Shown: positions 15,832-23,267, counted from the first letter of the stretch. The stretch is 24,460 nucleotides of DNA from a virus (IMGVR_UViG_3300031992_000020); one strand, 5' to 3'. A program made the numbers and translations. Notes: generated by a model from the letters alone, not told the origin.

Positions 15832-16200
15832 TTACTCCGCGGTAGCAACCTGGAACAGGACAGTCCGCTTCTCGCCAGCCACCTTAACGATGGCGCCATC
15901 CTCAACCAGCTTGGTCAGGGCAGCAGTAGCCTTCTGACCACTCACGCCCAGGATCTGGGCAACCTCACCGGCACGCATCGCCTTGCCGGCATCCGCCACG
16001 GTTTCCAGCACGGTCTGCCGGAATTCAGCCTTGGCCTTATCAGCCTTGGTCTCACCGCTCTTGGCTTTCAGCGCTACGCGTTCCAGACGGTCGATCTCCT
16101 TCTGGATCACATCCCACGCCATGCGGGCTTCCTCAGTCTCAATGGTGCTCAGAGCTTCCTGGGCCATGGTGAAAGCGGTCTTTTTCGTCATTTTAATCAT
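15832..16200 (-). CDS. Coiled-coil plus winged-helix protein (family A)
   Basis: MRAGEVAQILGVSGQKATAALTKLVEDG HTH; same AAAGGAATTGATACC leader. Confidence 0.88.
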   Translation of the reverse strand: MIKMTKKTAFTMAQEALSTIETEEARMAWDVIQKEIDRLERVALKAKSGETKADKAKAEFRQTVLETVADAGKAMRAGEVAQILGVSGQKATAALTKLVEDGAIVKVAGEKRTVLFQVATAE

Positions 16201-16281
16201 GGTATCAATTCCTTTCTGCGGTCTTGCCGCAAGTCCTTTATTTTGAGGAGGGCTTTTTCCCTTCCTTCATCTTACATATAC

Positions 16282-16316
16282 ATTATATAATATTTTTTTT
16301 AAGTTTTCAAGTGACT
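16282..16316 (-). promoter_or_regulatory. sigA-type promoter with AGTSACT box
   Basis: TTGAAA (16310-16305), 17 bp, TATAAT (16287-16282). Confidence 0.8.
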
Positions 16317-16331
16317 TTCGCACTTGGTCGG

Positions 16332-16550
16332 TCAGTTGAGGAAATAACTTTTGAGTTGGAAACCTTCATTCTGCGCCATCTCAATGACGTGATTCCAGTC
16401 ATTATTTTGCACAGCGGTATCAAGTTCAGCAAGAGCCGCAGATAACCAATGTGTGGAACAAATCCAAGGGATCGTTTCATTTGCCGTGCCGAAATGGTTT
16501 TGCAGATCTTGGTATAAACGCGAAGCGTCTATATCGTGCGTTTCATTCAT
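16332..16550 (-). CDS. Hypothetical protein, 72 aa
   Basis: GAAGGGAG RBS; own promoter. Confidence 0.72.
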   Translation of the reverse strand: MNETHDIDASRLYQDLQNHFGTANETIPWICSTHWLSAALAELDTAVQNNDWNHVIEMAQNEGFQLKSYFLN

Positions 16551-16583
16551 TGTTCTCACTCCCTTCCCTCACCTTACACATAT

Positions 16584-16618
16584 ATAATATCAAAATTTTT
16601 TTAAATTTTCAAGTGACT
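16584..16618 (-). promoter_or_regulatory. sigA-type promoter with AGTSACT box
   Basis: TTGAAA (16612-16607), 17 bp, TGnTATTAT. Confidence 0.78.
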
Positions 16619-16634
16619 ATGAGGTTCGAGTGGA

Positions 16635-16979
16635 TCAGCCGTAAACCCAGCCGTTGGCAATGCTTTCTTCAAGATCAGAAGCATATCGCGCACGCGGATT
16701 GGCTTCGAGTTCAGCAATACGCTGTCTTAGCCGCTCAATTTCACGATCACGCACTTCTTCCTCACTCAAAGTGACAATCTCGCAAGACCAGGGAGTCAGA
16801 CGAAAAGAGCAAGAATTGCCGCACGTAGGACAACGCACAATGTCATCACAGTCGCCATGACCGACGATTTCGTTGCGGAAATCGTTATCATTGCACTCAA
16901 AGATGGTTCCACACCGCTTGCACGTAACACGATAGTTGGCTATTGTTTTCGGTGTCGGGGCTTTGATCACTCTAATCAT
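16635..16979 (-). CDS. Zn-ribbon plus coiled-coil protein
   Basis: CKRC...CPTC; GGAGGAAAG RBS. Confidence 0.78.
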   Translation of the reverse strand: MIRVIKAPTPKTIANYRVTCKRCGTIFECNDNDFRNEIVGHGDCDDIVRCPTCGNSCSFRLTPWSCEIVTLSEEEVRDREIERLRQRIAELEANPRARYASDLEESIANGWVYG

Positions 16980-17011
16980 AAGTTTCTTTCCTCCCTTCAT
17001 CTTACATACAT

Positions 17012-17040
17012 ATAATATCAAAATTTTTTATAAAAATCAA
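17012..17040 (-). promoter_or_regulatory. sigA-type promoter (TTGATT class)
   Basis: TTGATT, 17 bp, TGnTATTAT. Confidence 0.75.
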
Positions 17041-17067
17041 CGAGCCCCATATCAACTCTGGGGCTCG
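17041..17067 (-). terminator. Hairpin at the end of the 17052 gene
   Basis: CGAGCCCCA/TGGGGCTCG stem, followed by TTGATTTTT on the minus strand. Confidence 0.6.
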
Positions 17068-17291
17068 TGCTCGCGCATTATATGCTTTTCCGCAATCTTT
17101 AACTGACGTTCCAAAAGTTCATTTTGCTTTTTGAGTAAAGCATTTTCCCGCAATAGAAGCTCATTCTGTTCATTCATTTTCGCGCACGTAGCAATAATAT
17201 CTTGCATTAGATCAGTCTTTTGTTCATTTAAACGTTTGGCCTCTTCGATCATTTGCAGCATTTCTTGCTGCTCATTTTCCGTCATCAGCAT
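17052..17291 (-). CDS. Coiled-coil hypothetical protein
   Basis: Heptad-like Leu/Glu/Gln-rich sequence; GGGAGAG RBS. Confidence 0.75.
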   Translation of the reverse strand: MLMTENEQQEMLQMIEEAKRLNEQKTDLMQDIIATCAKMNEQNELLLRENALLKKQNELLERQLKIAEKHIMREHEPQS

Positions 17292-17484
17292 AATATATAT
17301 CTCCCTCTATTAGATCATATTCACGACGTTCCAGCTCACTGATGCGATCATAGCAACGGGCCAATTCAGCCTTTGCCGCATCCAAGAGTTGACGGTATGC
17401 TTCTATTGATGCGTGCAATTCCTTGTTGGTCTGCACGGCAAGACGGTAAGCGTTACGATAATTAAATTGAGTCACTGGAATCAC
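17272..17484 (-). CDS. Coiled-coil hypothetical protein
   Basis: GTGA overlap with the upstream gene; GAGGA RBS. Confidence 0.72.
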   Translation of the reverse strand: MIPVTQFNYRNAYRLAVQTNKELHASIEAYRQLLDAAKAELARCYDRISELERREYDLIEGDIYYADDGK

Positions 17485-17690
17485 TCCTCTTCTGCGTAAT
17501 GTTCATCTAAAAGTTCTTCTTTCAGTTCATCGGCAGATGCGGTGAACTTAGCTACTATTGTATTGATGAATTGTTCGGGATCCATGTCGGTGTCGTTTCT
17601 TTCAACGGCCATATACCATTCGTCATTGACGGTGGCAACAAGATCTTCAATAATGCGGTCTACACGATCACTAATTTTCATTCTAATCAT
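17481..17690 (-). CDS. Acidic hypothetical protein, 69 aa
   Basis: AAAGGAG RBS; first gene of the leftward block. Confidence 0.78.
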   Translation of the reverse strand: MIRMKISDRVDRIIEDLVATVNDEWYMAVERNDTDMDPEQFINTIVAKFTASADELKEELLDEHYAEEE

Positions 17691-17708
17691 CTCCTTTTCT
17701 CTACTATT

Positions 17709-17737
17709 ATATTATCAAATTTTATTTAAAAGATCAA
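17709..17737 (-). promoter_or_regulatory. Leftward promoter of a divergent pair
   Basis: TTGATC, 17 bp, TAATAT. Confidence 0.6.
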
Positions 17738-17813
17738 AAAATGCTTCAAAAGTCTCGAAAAGAGTCTCGGGAATCGTCTGAGGAAAAAATCGTTTCGTCA
17801 CGAGCTCGTGAGC

Positions 17814-17842
17814 TTGATTTTTAGAAAAAATTTTGGTATTAT
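17814..17842 (+). promoter_or_regulatory. Rightward promoter of a divergent pair
   Basis: TTGATT, 17 bp, TGnTATTAT. Confidence 0.75.
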
Positions 17843-17904
17843 GTATATAGAAGATGAGTGATATAGCTTATCTGTACAGATAATTGAGAAAAAGGAGATC
17901 AAAT

Positions 17905-18102
17905 ATGACGAATAAAATTATTTACACACGCCGCATTGCGATGAAGCTGATCGAGATGGGTAATATTCCGAGTGGCACAACCCCTAATCCAAGCAAACCT
18001 GAATTTTTATGTTGGATCTTTCCAGTAAGTAATAAGTTTGAGAAGGACTTACAGACGATCCTTGACGAGCGCAAAGCTCCTGCGGCTAAGACGGCGGAGT
18101 AA
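17905..18102 (+). CDS. Small protein, DUF5659-like
   Basis: AAAGGAG RBS; IYTRRIAMKL...G...PNPSKPEFLCWIF pattern resembles DUF5659. Confidence 0.75.
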   Translation: MTNKIIYTRRIAMKLIEMGNIPSGTTPNPSKPEFLCWIFPVSNKFEKDLQTILDERKAPAAKTAE

Positions 18103-18117
18103 GAGCCTCGAAGTGAC

Positions 18118-18150
18118 TAGCAGTCTGCATTCGCGCAGACTGCTATTTTT
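18118..18150 (+). terminator. Intrinsic terminator
   Basis: TAGCAGTCTGC/GCAGACTGCTA stem followed by TTTTT. Confidence 0.8.
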
Positions 18151-18165
18151 ATAGGTAAAATTTTT

Positions 18166-18236
18166 GGGAAAAAAATCTACCATACTTGGGAAAAAAATCT
18201 ACCATACTTATTTTAGGTAAAAAATCTACCATACTT
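18166..18236 (+). repeat. Three 22-bp iteron-like direct repeats (upstream set)
   Basis: RGGWAAAAAATCTACCATACTT at 18166, 18188 and 18215. Confidence 0.9.
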
Positions 18237-18296
18237 GGGTAAATTTGTTAAAAATTACCTAAATAATTTTCAAGTTTAAAGAAAGGTGGTGAGATT

Positions 18297-18893
18297 TTGA
18301 TCCAAAAACGATTCCCAGCTGACACGGATCTCAGCAAAGAAATAACATTTTTAAAAGATCCGAAAATTGATGCTGAATTATATAGTTATTTATAGTCTAT
18401 GTCGTATCCTAATGAGGGGGTAACTATTGTGTTAAAAAGTGATTTACCTACGTAGGCTAAGATAGCTGAAAAAATCGGCGTAAAAAGCACAAAAACACTA
18501 AGGACGCATTTGTAGTATTTGGTAGATACTGGATATGTTGAAGATCATGATAGTTATTATGTATTGCCTAATATAGAAGATATATATTTGTTGTTGCCAT
18601 TAGAAACCATTTAGTTTATCAATGATACTATTCGAGAACCAGTTATAAAAGTATATATTTATTTAGGGCAACGTTGGAATTATAAAAAAGGTTATGTGTT
18701 TACATAGGAAGAAATTGCATAGCATCTTGGATTAAAATTAGCAGGTAATCCTCGTGCGCGGCAAACAATACATAATGCTCTTGATTTATTAGCGGCAGTT
18801 GAGTTAATCTCATTTGAGAATTTTTTTGATGGTAAGTCACCACGGTATAGATTGACAAATTGGTCTATGCATTATAAAAAGTCAGTTAGGTAA
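18297..18893 (+). CDS. Tandem winged-helix protein, probable replication initiator, with six in-frame TAG codons read as Gln
   Basis: AAAGGTGG RBS, TTG start, 198 codons with no TAA/TGA; TAG at 18393, 18453, 18513, 18612, 18705 and 18720. Reading TAG as Q gives two HTH motifs: PTQAKIAEKIGVKSTKTLRTHLQYLVDTGY and FTQEEIAQHLG...TIHNALDLL. Confidence 0.85.
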
Positions 18894-18949
18894 AAAATCT
18901 ACCATGCTTGGGTAAAAAATCTACCATACTTTGGGAAAAAAATCTACCA
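18888..18949 (+). repeat. Three iteron-like repeats (downstream set, last one partial)
   Basis: The same 22-mer at 18888, 18910 and 18933. Confidence 0.9.
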
Positions 18950-19020
18950 ATATCTAAATAATACTAAATAATGACTAAATAATGGTCGGGGTAATATCTC
19001 CCTTCGGTCGATATTACCCC
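18950..19020. other. AT-rich CTAAATA repeats plus inverted repeat, candidate unwinding element
   Basis: CTAAATA x3 followed by a GGGGTAATATC/GATATTACCCC hairpin. Confidence 0.5.
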
Positions 19021-19087
19021 TCTATGCGAGGAACTAGGGCTATAATGAAATGAAAATTCAAAATGAAAACGCATTGAGGTGGACAGT

Positions 19088-19336
19088 ATGGAAAATGAAT
19101 TGAAAAACGAAATTTATGAGGGAGAAGAAGGAATAAGACATAAGAAGTTAAATGTGATATTATATATTGACGATGAGGATCAATTAAGGAAAGAAGTAGA
19201 AGATATTGTAAGTGCGTATAATGATTATACTTATGTTGATGATGATGATATGGAAAGAGATTGTATTGATACAGTAAAGAGACATTTAAAGTGGAAATTA
19301 TAGGTGTATAATGACGAAGATCCAGTTGACAATTAA
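19088..19336 (+). CDS. Acidic hypothetical protein; stops at TAG 19303 in code 11, extends to TAA 19336 if TAG=Gln
   Basis: GAGGTGG RBS; read-through adds QVYNDEDPVDN. Confidence 0.7.
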
Positions 19337-19354
19337 GGAAAAATATAGTATAAT
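19326..19354 (+). promoter_or_regulatory. Perfect-consensus sigA promoter
   Basis: TTGACA, 17 bp, TATAAT. Confidence 0.85.
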
Positions 19355-19438
19355 GAATATAGAAAATAGAAATGGAAGATGCGCGGACTGACCATCTGTG
19401 CGGCAGACCAAGACTTATAGTGATTACGAGGTAAGAGT

Positions 19439-19783
19439 ATGGGCAAATTAGCAGGCAATCAGTGGTTGATAGATGAATTGAGTAAGATTAGCAAGAAAAA
19501 TTATGTTAAGACTTATTTTACTTGCGCGCAACTGAGATTAAAAGGGACTAAGGAAGTCGTGCAAGTAATTTTGCCAGTGGACGTTTATGAGGTTGGCGGC
19601 ACTGGATTTGAGATCATGCCTATTGTAGTATTGACTAAGAATTGTCCATGGGATATGGATAAAGTATTGGTGACTATTAGGAGTGACAATACGACTATTA
19701 TGGATGAGAATCTTGGGGCTATTGTAGTTGAAGACGCAGAGCTTCATGGATATTTGACTCAGCTGGATGATGATAAGTATTAA
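19439..19783 (+). CDS. Hypothetical protein, 114 aa
   Basis: GAGGT RBS; promoter upstream; ends TAA. Confidence 0.75.
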   Translation: MGKLAGNQWLIDELSKISKKNYVKTYFTCAQLRLKGTKEVVQVILPVDVYEVGGTGFEIMPIVVLTKNCPWDMDKVLVTIRSDNTTIMDENLGAIVVEDAELHGYLTQLDDDKY

Positions 19784-20231
19784 GTAATTATGATGCTGCA
19801 AAGAGATCAGAGATCAGAGATCAGGAAAAGAGTAGTAGTGTAAAGAGCAATGTTATGGGAGTATAGTTATAAATTAGCTTATGATTATAATTAATATAAA
19901 TTAATGTTAATTTTAAGTTGATGATGATCTTTGCTCTCGGTTTGCTTTTGATTTTAATTTTAGTTTAATATTAAGTTTATTAATACTAAGTTTAATCTAA
20001 TATTGAATTGAGTTTAACGTTGAGATTAATATTAAAGCTAATATTAAGGTTAACGCTAAGTAGATATTGAAGAGACGTTGAGATGCTGAGACGCTAAGAT
20101 GCTGAAACGCTGAGTAGGCGTGCCGATCGGTGCTAGGCATCCATATACATTTTTCTCGTCTTCGTCATCGTTTTTAATATATAATTATATTTTGTATACA
20201 GTATCCTGTATACAGTATTTTGTATACAATT

Positions 20232-20256
20232 AAAAAGCCTGGACTAACGTCCAGGC
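20232..20256 (-). terminator. Intrinsic terminator
   Basis: GCCTGGAC/GTCCAGGC stem with a U-tract on the minus strand. Confidence 0.8.
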
Positions 20257-20268
20257 GCATTTTTTCAT

Positions 20269-20796
20269 TTACCGAAGTCCAAACTTTTTGAGGAAGTCGT
20301 CGATCACATCGTCGGCATTAAGGTTCTTAGTGGATTTAGGGGCAGATGTAGGCTTTGCCGCGGTCGTGTTCTTCTCACTCTTGGTGATATCAATTCCGAG
20401 CGCCTTAGCCCAGTCAACCAGGCTATCTGCCAGCTCATTGATCGCGTTGTCCAGATCCTTGGATGCCTTTTTGTCTGCGGCGTCCACGTTGAGGAAGATA
20501 TCAGCCAGCTCTTTGCCGGTGAGGCCAGCGCCATCATAACCATGAGTCTTCATCCATGCGTTAATGACATACGCGCAGTCATCATCAGTGAGCTTGCCTT
20601 GGAGCAAACGATTGGCGAGATCCGCAACCATCTTGCCGCGAGCCGCCTCAGCCTTCTCTCTTGCTTCCTTCTCTTCTCTCTTGGCCTGGGCAATATCGGC
20701 CTGGGCACGCTTCAAAAGATTATCGAGGTCGTCCAAAGTTCCGGATCCCTTGGTCAACGCTTTTTGAAGTGCATCAACAATTGTCTTCTGATCCAT
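20269..20796 (-). CDS. Helical/coiled-coil hypothetical protein
   Basis: GGAG RBS; own promoter and terminator. Confidence 0.82.
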   Translation of the reverse strand: MDQKTIVDALQKALTKGSGTLDDLDNLLKRAQADIAQAKREEKEAREKAEAARGKMVADLANRLLQGKLTDDDCAYVINAWMKTHGYDGAGLTGKELADIFLNVDAADKKASKDLDNAINELADSLVDWAKALGIDITKSEKNTTAAKPTSAPKSTKNLNADDVIDDFLKKFGLR

Positions 20797-20848
20797 GTAC
20801 ATGTCTCCTATTACTATATTTATTAGGATATTCCCTTATCCTGTATAT

Positions 20849-20877
20849 ATAATATCAAATTTTTTTATAAAAAGCAA
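20849..20877 (-). promoter_or_regulatory. sigA-type promoter
   Basis: TTGCTT, 17 bp, TGnTATTAT. Confidence 0.72.
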
Positions 20878-20931
20878 GTAATGCGCGCAAATCTAGCCTC
20901 AAAGTGACTAAAATATGCGCTAATGCGCATG

Positions 20932-20951
20932 GGATACTGTATACAGTATCC
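20932..20951. repeat. Perfect 20-bp palindrome GGATACTGTATACAGTATCC
   Basis: Related copies at 21150-21165 and 20193-20228. Confidence 0.8.
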
Positions 20952-21419
20952 AAAAAACATAAAAAATACGCTCTCCGATCGGTAAAAATGCTTCCCCCGA
21001 CTATATTTTATCATATTTTTCATAAAAAATCAATAAAAATGTGTAAAACTGGTCAGTTTTCCTGGTTTTTCATGCTATTTGCTAGCATTTGCTATGGATT
21101 TGCGCAGCAAATCGAGGGTTTGGAAGTAAGATTGCGCTTTGGATCCAAAATACTGTATACAGTATACCGATCGGTGCTAGCCCGCACTTCCGGGAGATTT
21201 AAGCGCATATGGCGCATATGCCCCGTGGGTTCAAGAAATGTTGGCGCATATGTGATCGCGTGAATTCGGGCCGAGTCGCCCGCGACCGGCCCGCCCTCAT
21301 TTCGGGATTATTACAAATGTTACAAAATTGTTACAATTCGCCAAAAAATACGTGAAATACTTGACAAAACGCGAAAACCGGCCGGTGCGACCAGCAGCGG
21401 CCGGCCAAATCGTACATTG

Positions 21420-21452
21420 TAAAAAATGGCGGGATCTGATACCAGATCCCGC
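21420..21452 (-). terminator. Intrinsic terminator
   Basis: GCGGGATCTG/CAGATCCCGC stem with a U-tract. Confidence 0.78.
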
Positions 21453-21458
21453 ATTGTC

Positions 21459-21890
21459 TTATTTGGTTTTGGGAGGGCGGTGAGCCGTGAGGGTGAGGGA
21501 ATACTTCACGCCGTTCAGCTCGAAGTCAATCTGCCGTTCGGGGTTGACAACCGTACCACCATCACCGAGCGGGGCGTGCTCCCCGGTTGCCTGCATTGCT
21601 TCATGCAGGACGGCGATGATAAAACGCTTGTCCTCGTTGGGTTTGCGTTCCCGCTTGACCTGCTTGCCGTAAGCATTGACCGCACGAGCCATGCCCTTGC
21701 GGGCTTCCTGCGCCACCTTTTCCTGTTCGGCGGTCAGGTCGTATTCGGTCTTTTCGCCGTGGTCAACCTGCTCGTCATACCATGCGCAATCCGCCTGTTC
21801 TTCAAGAGCCTTGAAGTCGCTGATTTTTTCGTCCGGGTGATCGTCCATGTACTTGTCAATCCACTTTTCAATGTACTGTTCCTTAGTCAT
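21459..21890 (-). CDS. Hypothetical protein, family B (paralog of 23495-23866)
   Basis: Shared ARAVNAYGKxVKRERKP and VVNPERxIxF...YSxTLTxHRxPK motifs. Confidence 0.85.
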   Translation of the reverse strand: MTKEQYIEKWIDKYMDDHPDEKISDFKALEEQADCAWYDEQVDHGEKTEYDLTAEQEKVAQEARKGMARAVNAYGKQVKRERKPNEDKRFIIAVLHEAMQATGEHAPLGDGGTVVNPERQIDFELNGVKYSLTLTAHRPPKTK

Positions 21891-21919
21891 TTCGCCACTT
21901 CCTTTCTTTCACTGTAATA

Positions 21920-21948
21920 ATTATATCAAATTTTTTATTATTTGTCAA
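21920..21948 (-). promoter_or_regulatory. Consensus sigA promoter
   Basis: TTGACA, 17 bp, TGnTATAAT. Confidence 0.85.
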
Positions 21949-22517
21949 GCGGTTACCACACCGCTTGACAAATAATTTTTTACAATGGCGTTGAATGTGC
22001 GGGTGGGGATATCAACGCCGAAGAACCGGTCATTTTTGCAAAAAGCATCCGGAAATTTGTGGATAAATGCCGCGCGCGTGACTGATTCAGCACCTTCGCA
22101 GGGGATAGCCCCGCAATCAATCACGGAACAGATTTCTGTTTCCGCAACCGGAATACCATGCTCTTGATAATACTTGACTTCTTCCTTCAAGCGCTGTTCA
22201 GGCAGGCGGGTAGTTGTGCCCACTTTTGAACAAATCAGCTTGCCGTCCGAATCATAGAACTTGAACAGGTAAACCAACTGTTTACCGCCCCGCAGGACTT
22301 TCTTGACCTTTTGGGTCACATGGTAGAAAATGGACTTTGCTTTTTCAAGCAGGTCGGCAAACTTGCGGATGTAAGTCTTGATCGTTTCTTCCGCATAGTC
22401 TACCCACTTCCGAATTTCCGCAGGAGAAAAGCCGTGGCTCGCGAGATACACAACCTGCATCCGCTTCGTGTCCGTGTCCTCAAAGTGCTGGAAAACGTCT
22501 ACCTTTTTCATGTTCAT
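21945..22517 (-). CDS. N-terminal HTH plus GIY-YIG-like nuclease domain protein
   Basis: GFSPAEIRKWVDYAEETIKTYIRK (HTH-like); VYLFKF...KVGTTTRLPEQRLKE (GIY-YIG-like). Confidence 0.65.
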   Translation of the reverse strand: MNMKKVDVFQHFEDTDTKRMQVVYLASHGFSPAEIRKWVDYAEETIKTYIRKFADLLEKAKSIFYHVTQKVKKVLRGGKQLVYLFKFYDSDGKLICSKVGTTTRLPEQRLKEEVKYYQEHGIPVAETEICSVIDCGAIPCEGAESVTRAAFIHKFPDAFCKNDRFFGVDIPTRTFNAIVKNYLSSGVVTA

Positions 22518-22654
22518 TCCTCCTCATAGAATATCATTGCGAACAGCATCATTATAAGCCCAATAGCCGTAATTGTCAAGAGCTCCCGGAAAAAAATTCC
22601 CCAAATCAAACCGAGCATGGCCAGGACACAACCCAGAATACCAATTACCTTCAT
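22514..22654 (-). CDS. Small membrane protein, 46 aa, two hydrophobic segments
   Basis: GAGGAGGGG RBS then MKVIGILGCVLAMLGLIWGIFF...; the TTG at 22708 in the ORF track is the -35 box. Confidence 0.72.
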   Translation of the reverse strand: MKVIGILGCVLAMLGLIWGIFFRELLTITAIGLIMMLFAMIFYEEE

Positions 22655-22679
22655 GCGCGATCCCCTCCTCACAGTGACT

Positions 22680-22708
22680 ATTGTATCAGATTCGGGAGAT
22701 TTTGTCAA
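22680..22708 (-). promoter_or_regulatory. sigA promoter
   Basis: TTGACA, 17 bp, TGnTACAAT; an AGTSACT box sits downstream of the -10 here. Confidence 0.8.
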
Positions 22709-22829
22709 CCCTTTGGGCGATAAATTTTTGCGATAAAAAATGCGGGGATCCCCACCTAACCGAAATTCTGGCCTTTCGCGACCGCGAAAGGCCAGCTGAA
22801 CAGATCAGCTGGCCCCGGGGCCTTGCGGA

Positions 22830-23189
22830 TTACTCCGCAAGGCAGAAGGTGGACTTCCGGCCGTCCGGCACTTTCAGCACCGCACCATCCCGGACGAGGG
22901 CGTTCACCAGAGCGGACACCTTCTGATTGGAGAGGGCACCCAGCTCGGCATCCCGGGTCATGAGATCAGACACGGTGCAGGGGTCAGAGGTCAGCACAGC
23001 CAGCACCTTGGCTTTCAGGCCCTCGTTGGCGACCTGCGCTTTGGTCGGCTTCCGGTCAGCGGAGTTCCGCTTCACCTGAGCGTCCCGGAGAGCGGTCAGC
23101 TTCTCGACCACCTCGGTGTTGTCGTAGCCGTTGTCGGCCAGGAAGGTCAGAGCGGTGTTCAGAGCGGTCACATAAGTCATCTTAGTCAT
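22830..23189 (-). CDS. Coiled-coil plus winged-helix protein (family A)
   Basis: KMTYVTAL...EKLTAL...RKPTKAQVANE...LSNQKVSALVNALVRDG; leader AAAGGGTTGATACC-ATG. Confidence 0.88.
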   Translation of the reverse strand: MTKMTYVTALNTALTFLADNGYDNTEVVEKLTALRDAQVKRNSADRKPTKAQVANEGLKAKVLAVLTSDPCTVSDLMTRDAELGALSNQKVSALVNALVRDGAVLKVPDGRKSTFCLAE

Positions 23190-23238
23190 GGTATCAACCC
23201 TTTCTGCGTTTGTGGTGTTCGCCTCACCTTTCGTAAGT

Positions 23239-23267
23239 ATTGTAGCACATCGTGGGCCTGTTGTCAA
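23239..23267 (-). promoter_or_regulatory. sigA promoter
   Basis: TTGACA, 17 bp, TGnTACAAT. Confidence 0.8.

Noticed and set aside
18297-18893. Pseudogene interpretation of the TAG-containing gene
   Set aside because: All six interruptions are the same codon, there are no frameshifts or TAA/TGA, and Gln fits each position. Random decay would not give this pattern.
18166-18949. CRISPR array interpretation of the 22-bp repeats
   Set aside because: The repeats are nearly contiguous with 0-5 nt gaps, have no unique spacers and are not palindromic.
20932-21165. LexA/SOS boxes
   Set aside because: The spacing is CTGT-N2-ACAG, not the CTGT-N8-ACAG of E. coli, and it does not match the Firmicutes GAAC-N4-GTTC box.
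20904-21263. 119-aa plus-strand ORF
   Set aside because: It runs through palindromes and repeats, has no RBS and has an unprotein-like composition.
13192-22708. TTG/GTG-extended starts in the ORF track (for example 13192, 14692, 22708, 23267)
   Set aside because: These TTGs are promoter -35 boxes. Downstream ATGs with Shine-Dalgarno sites were used instead.
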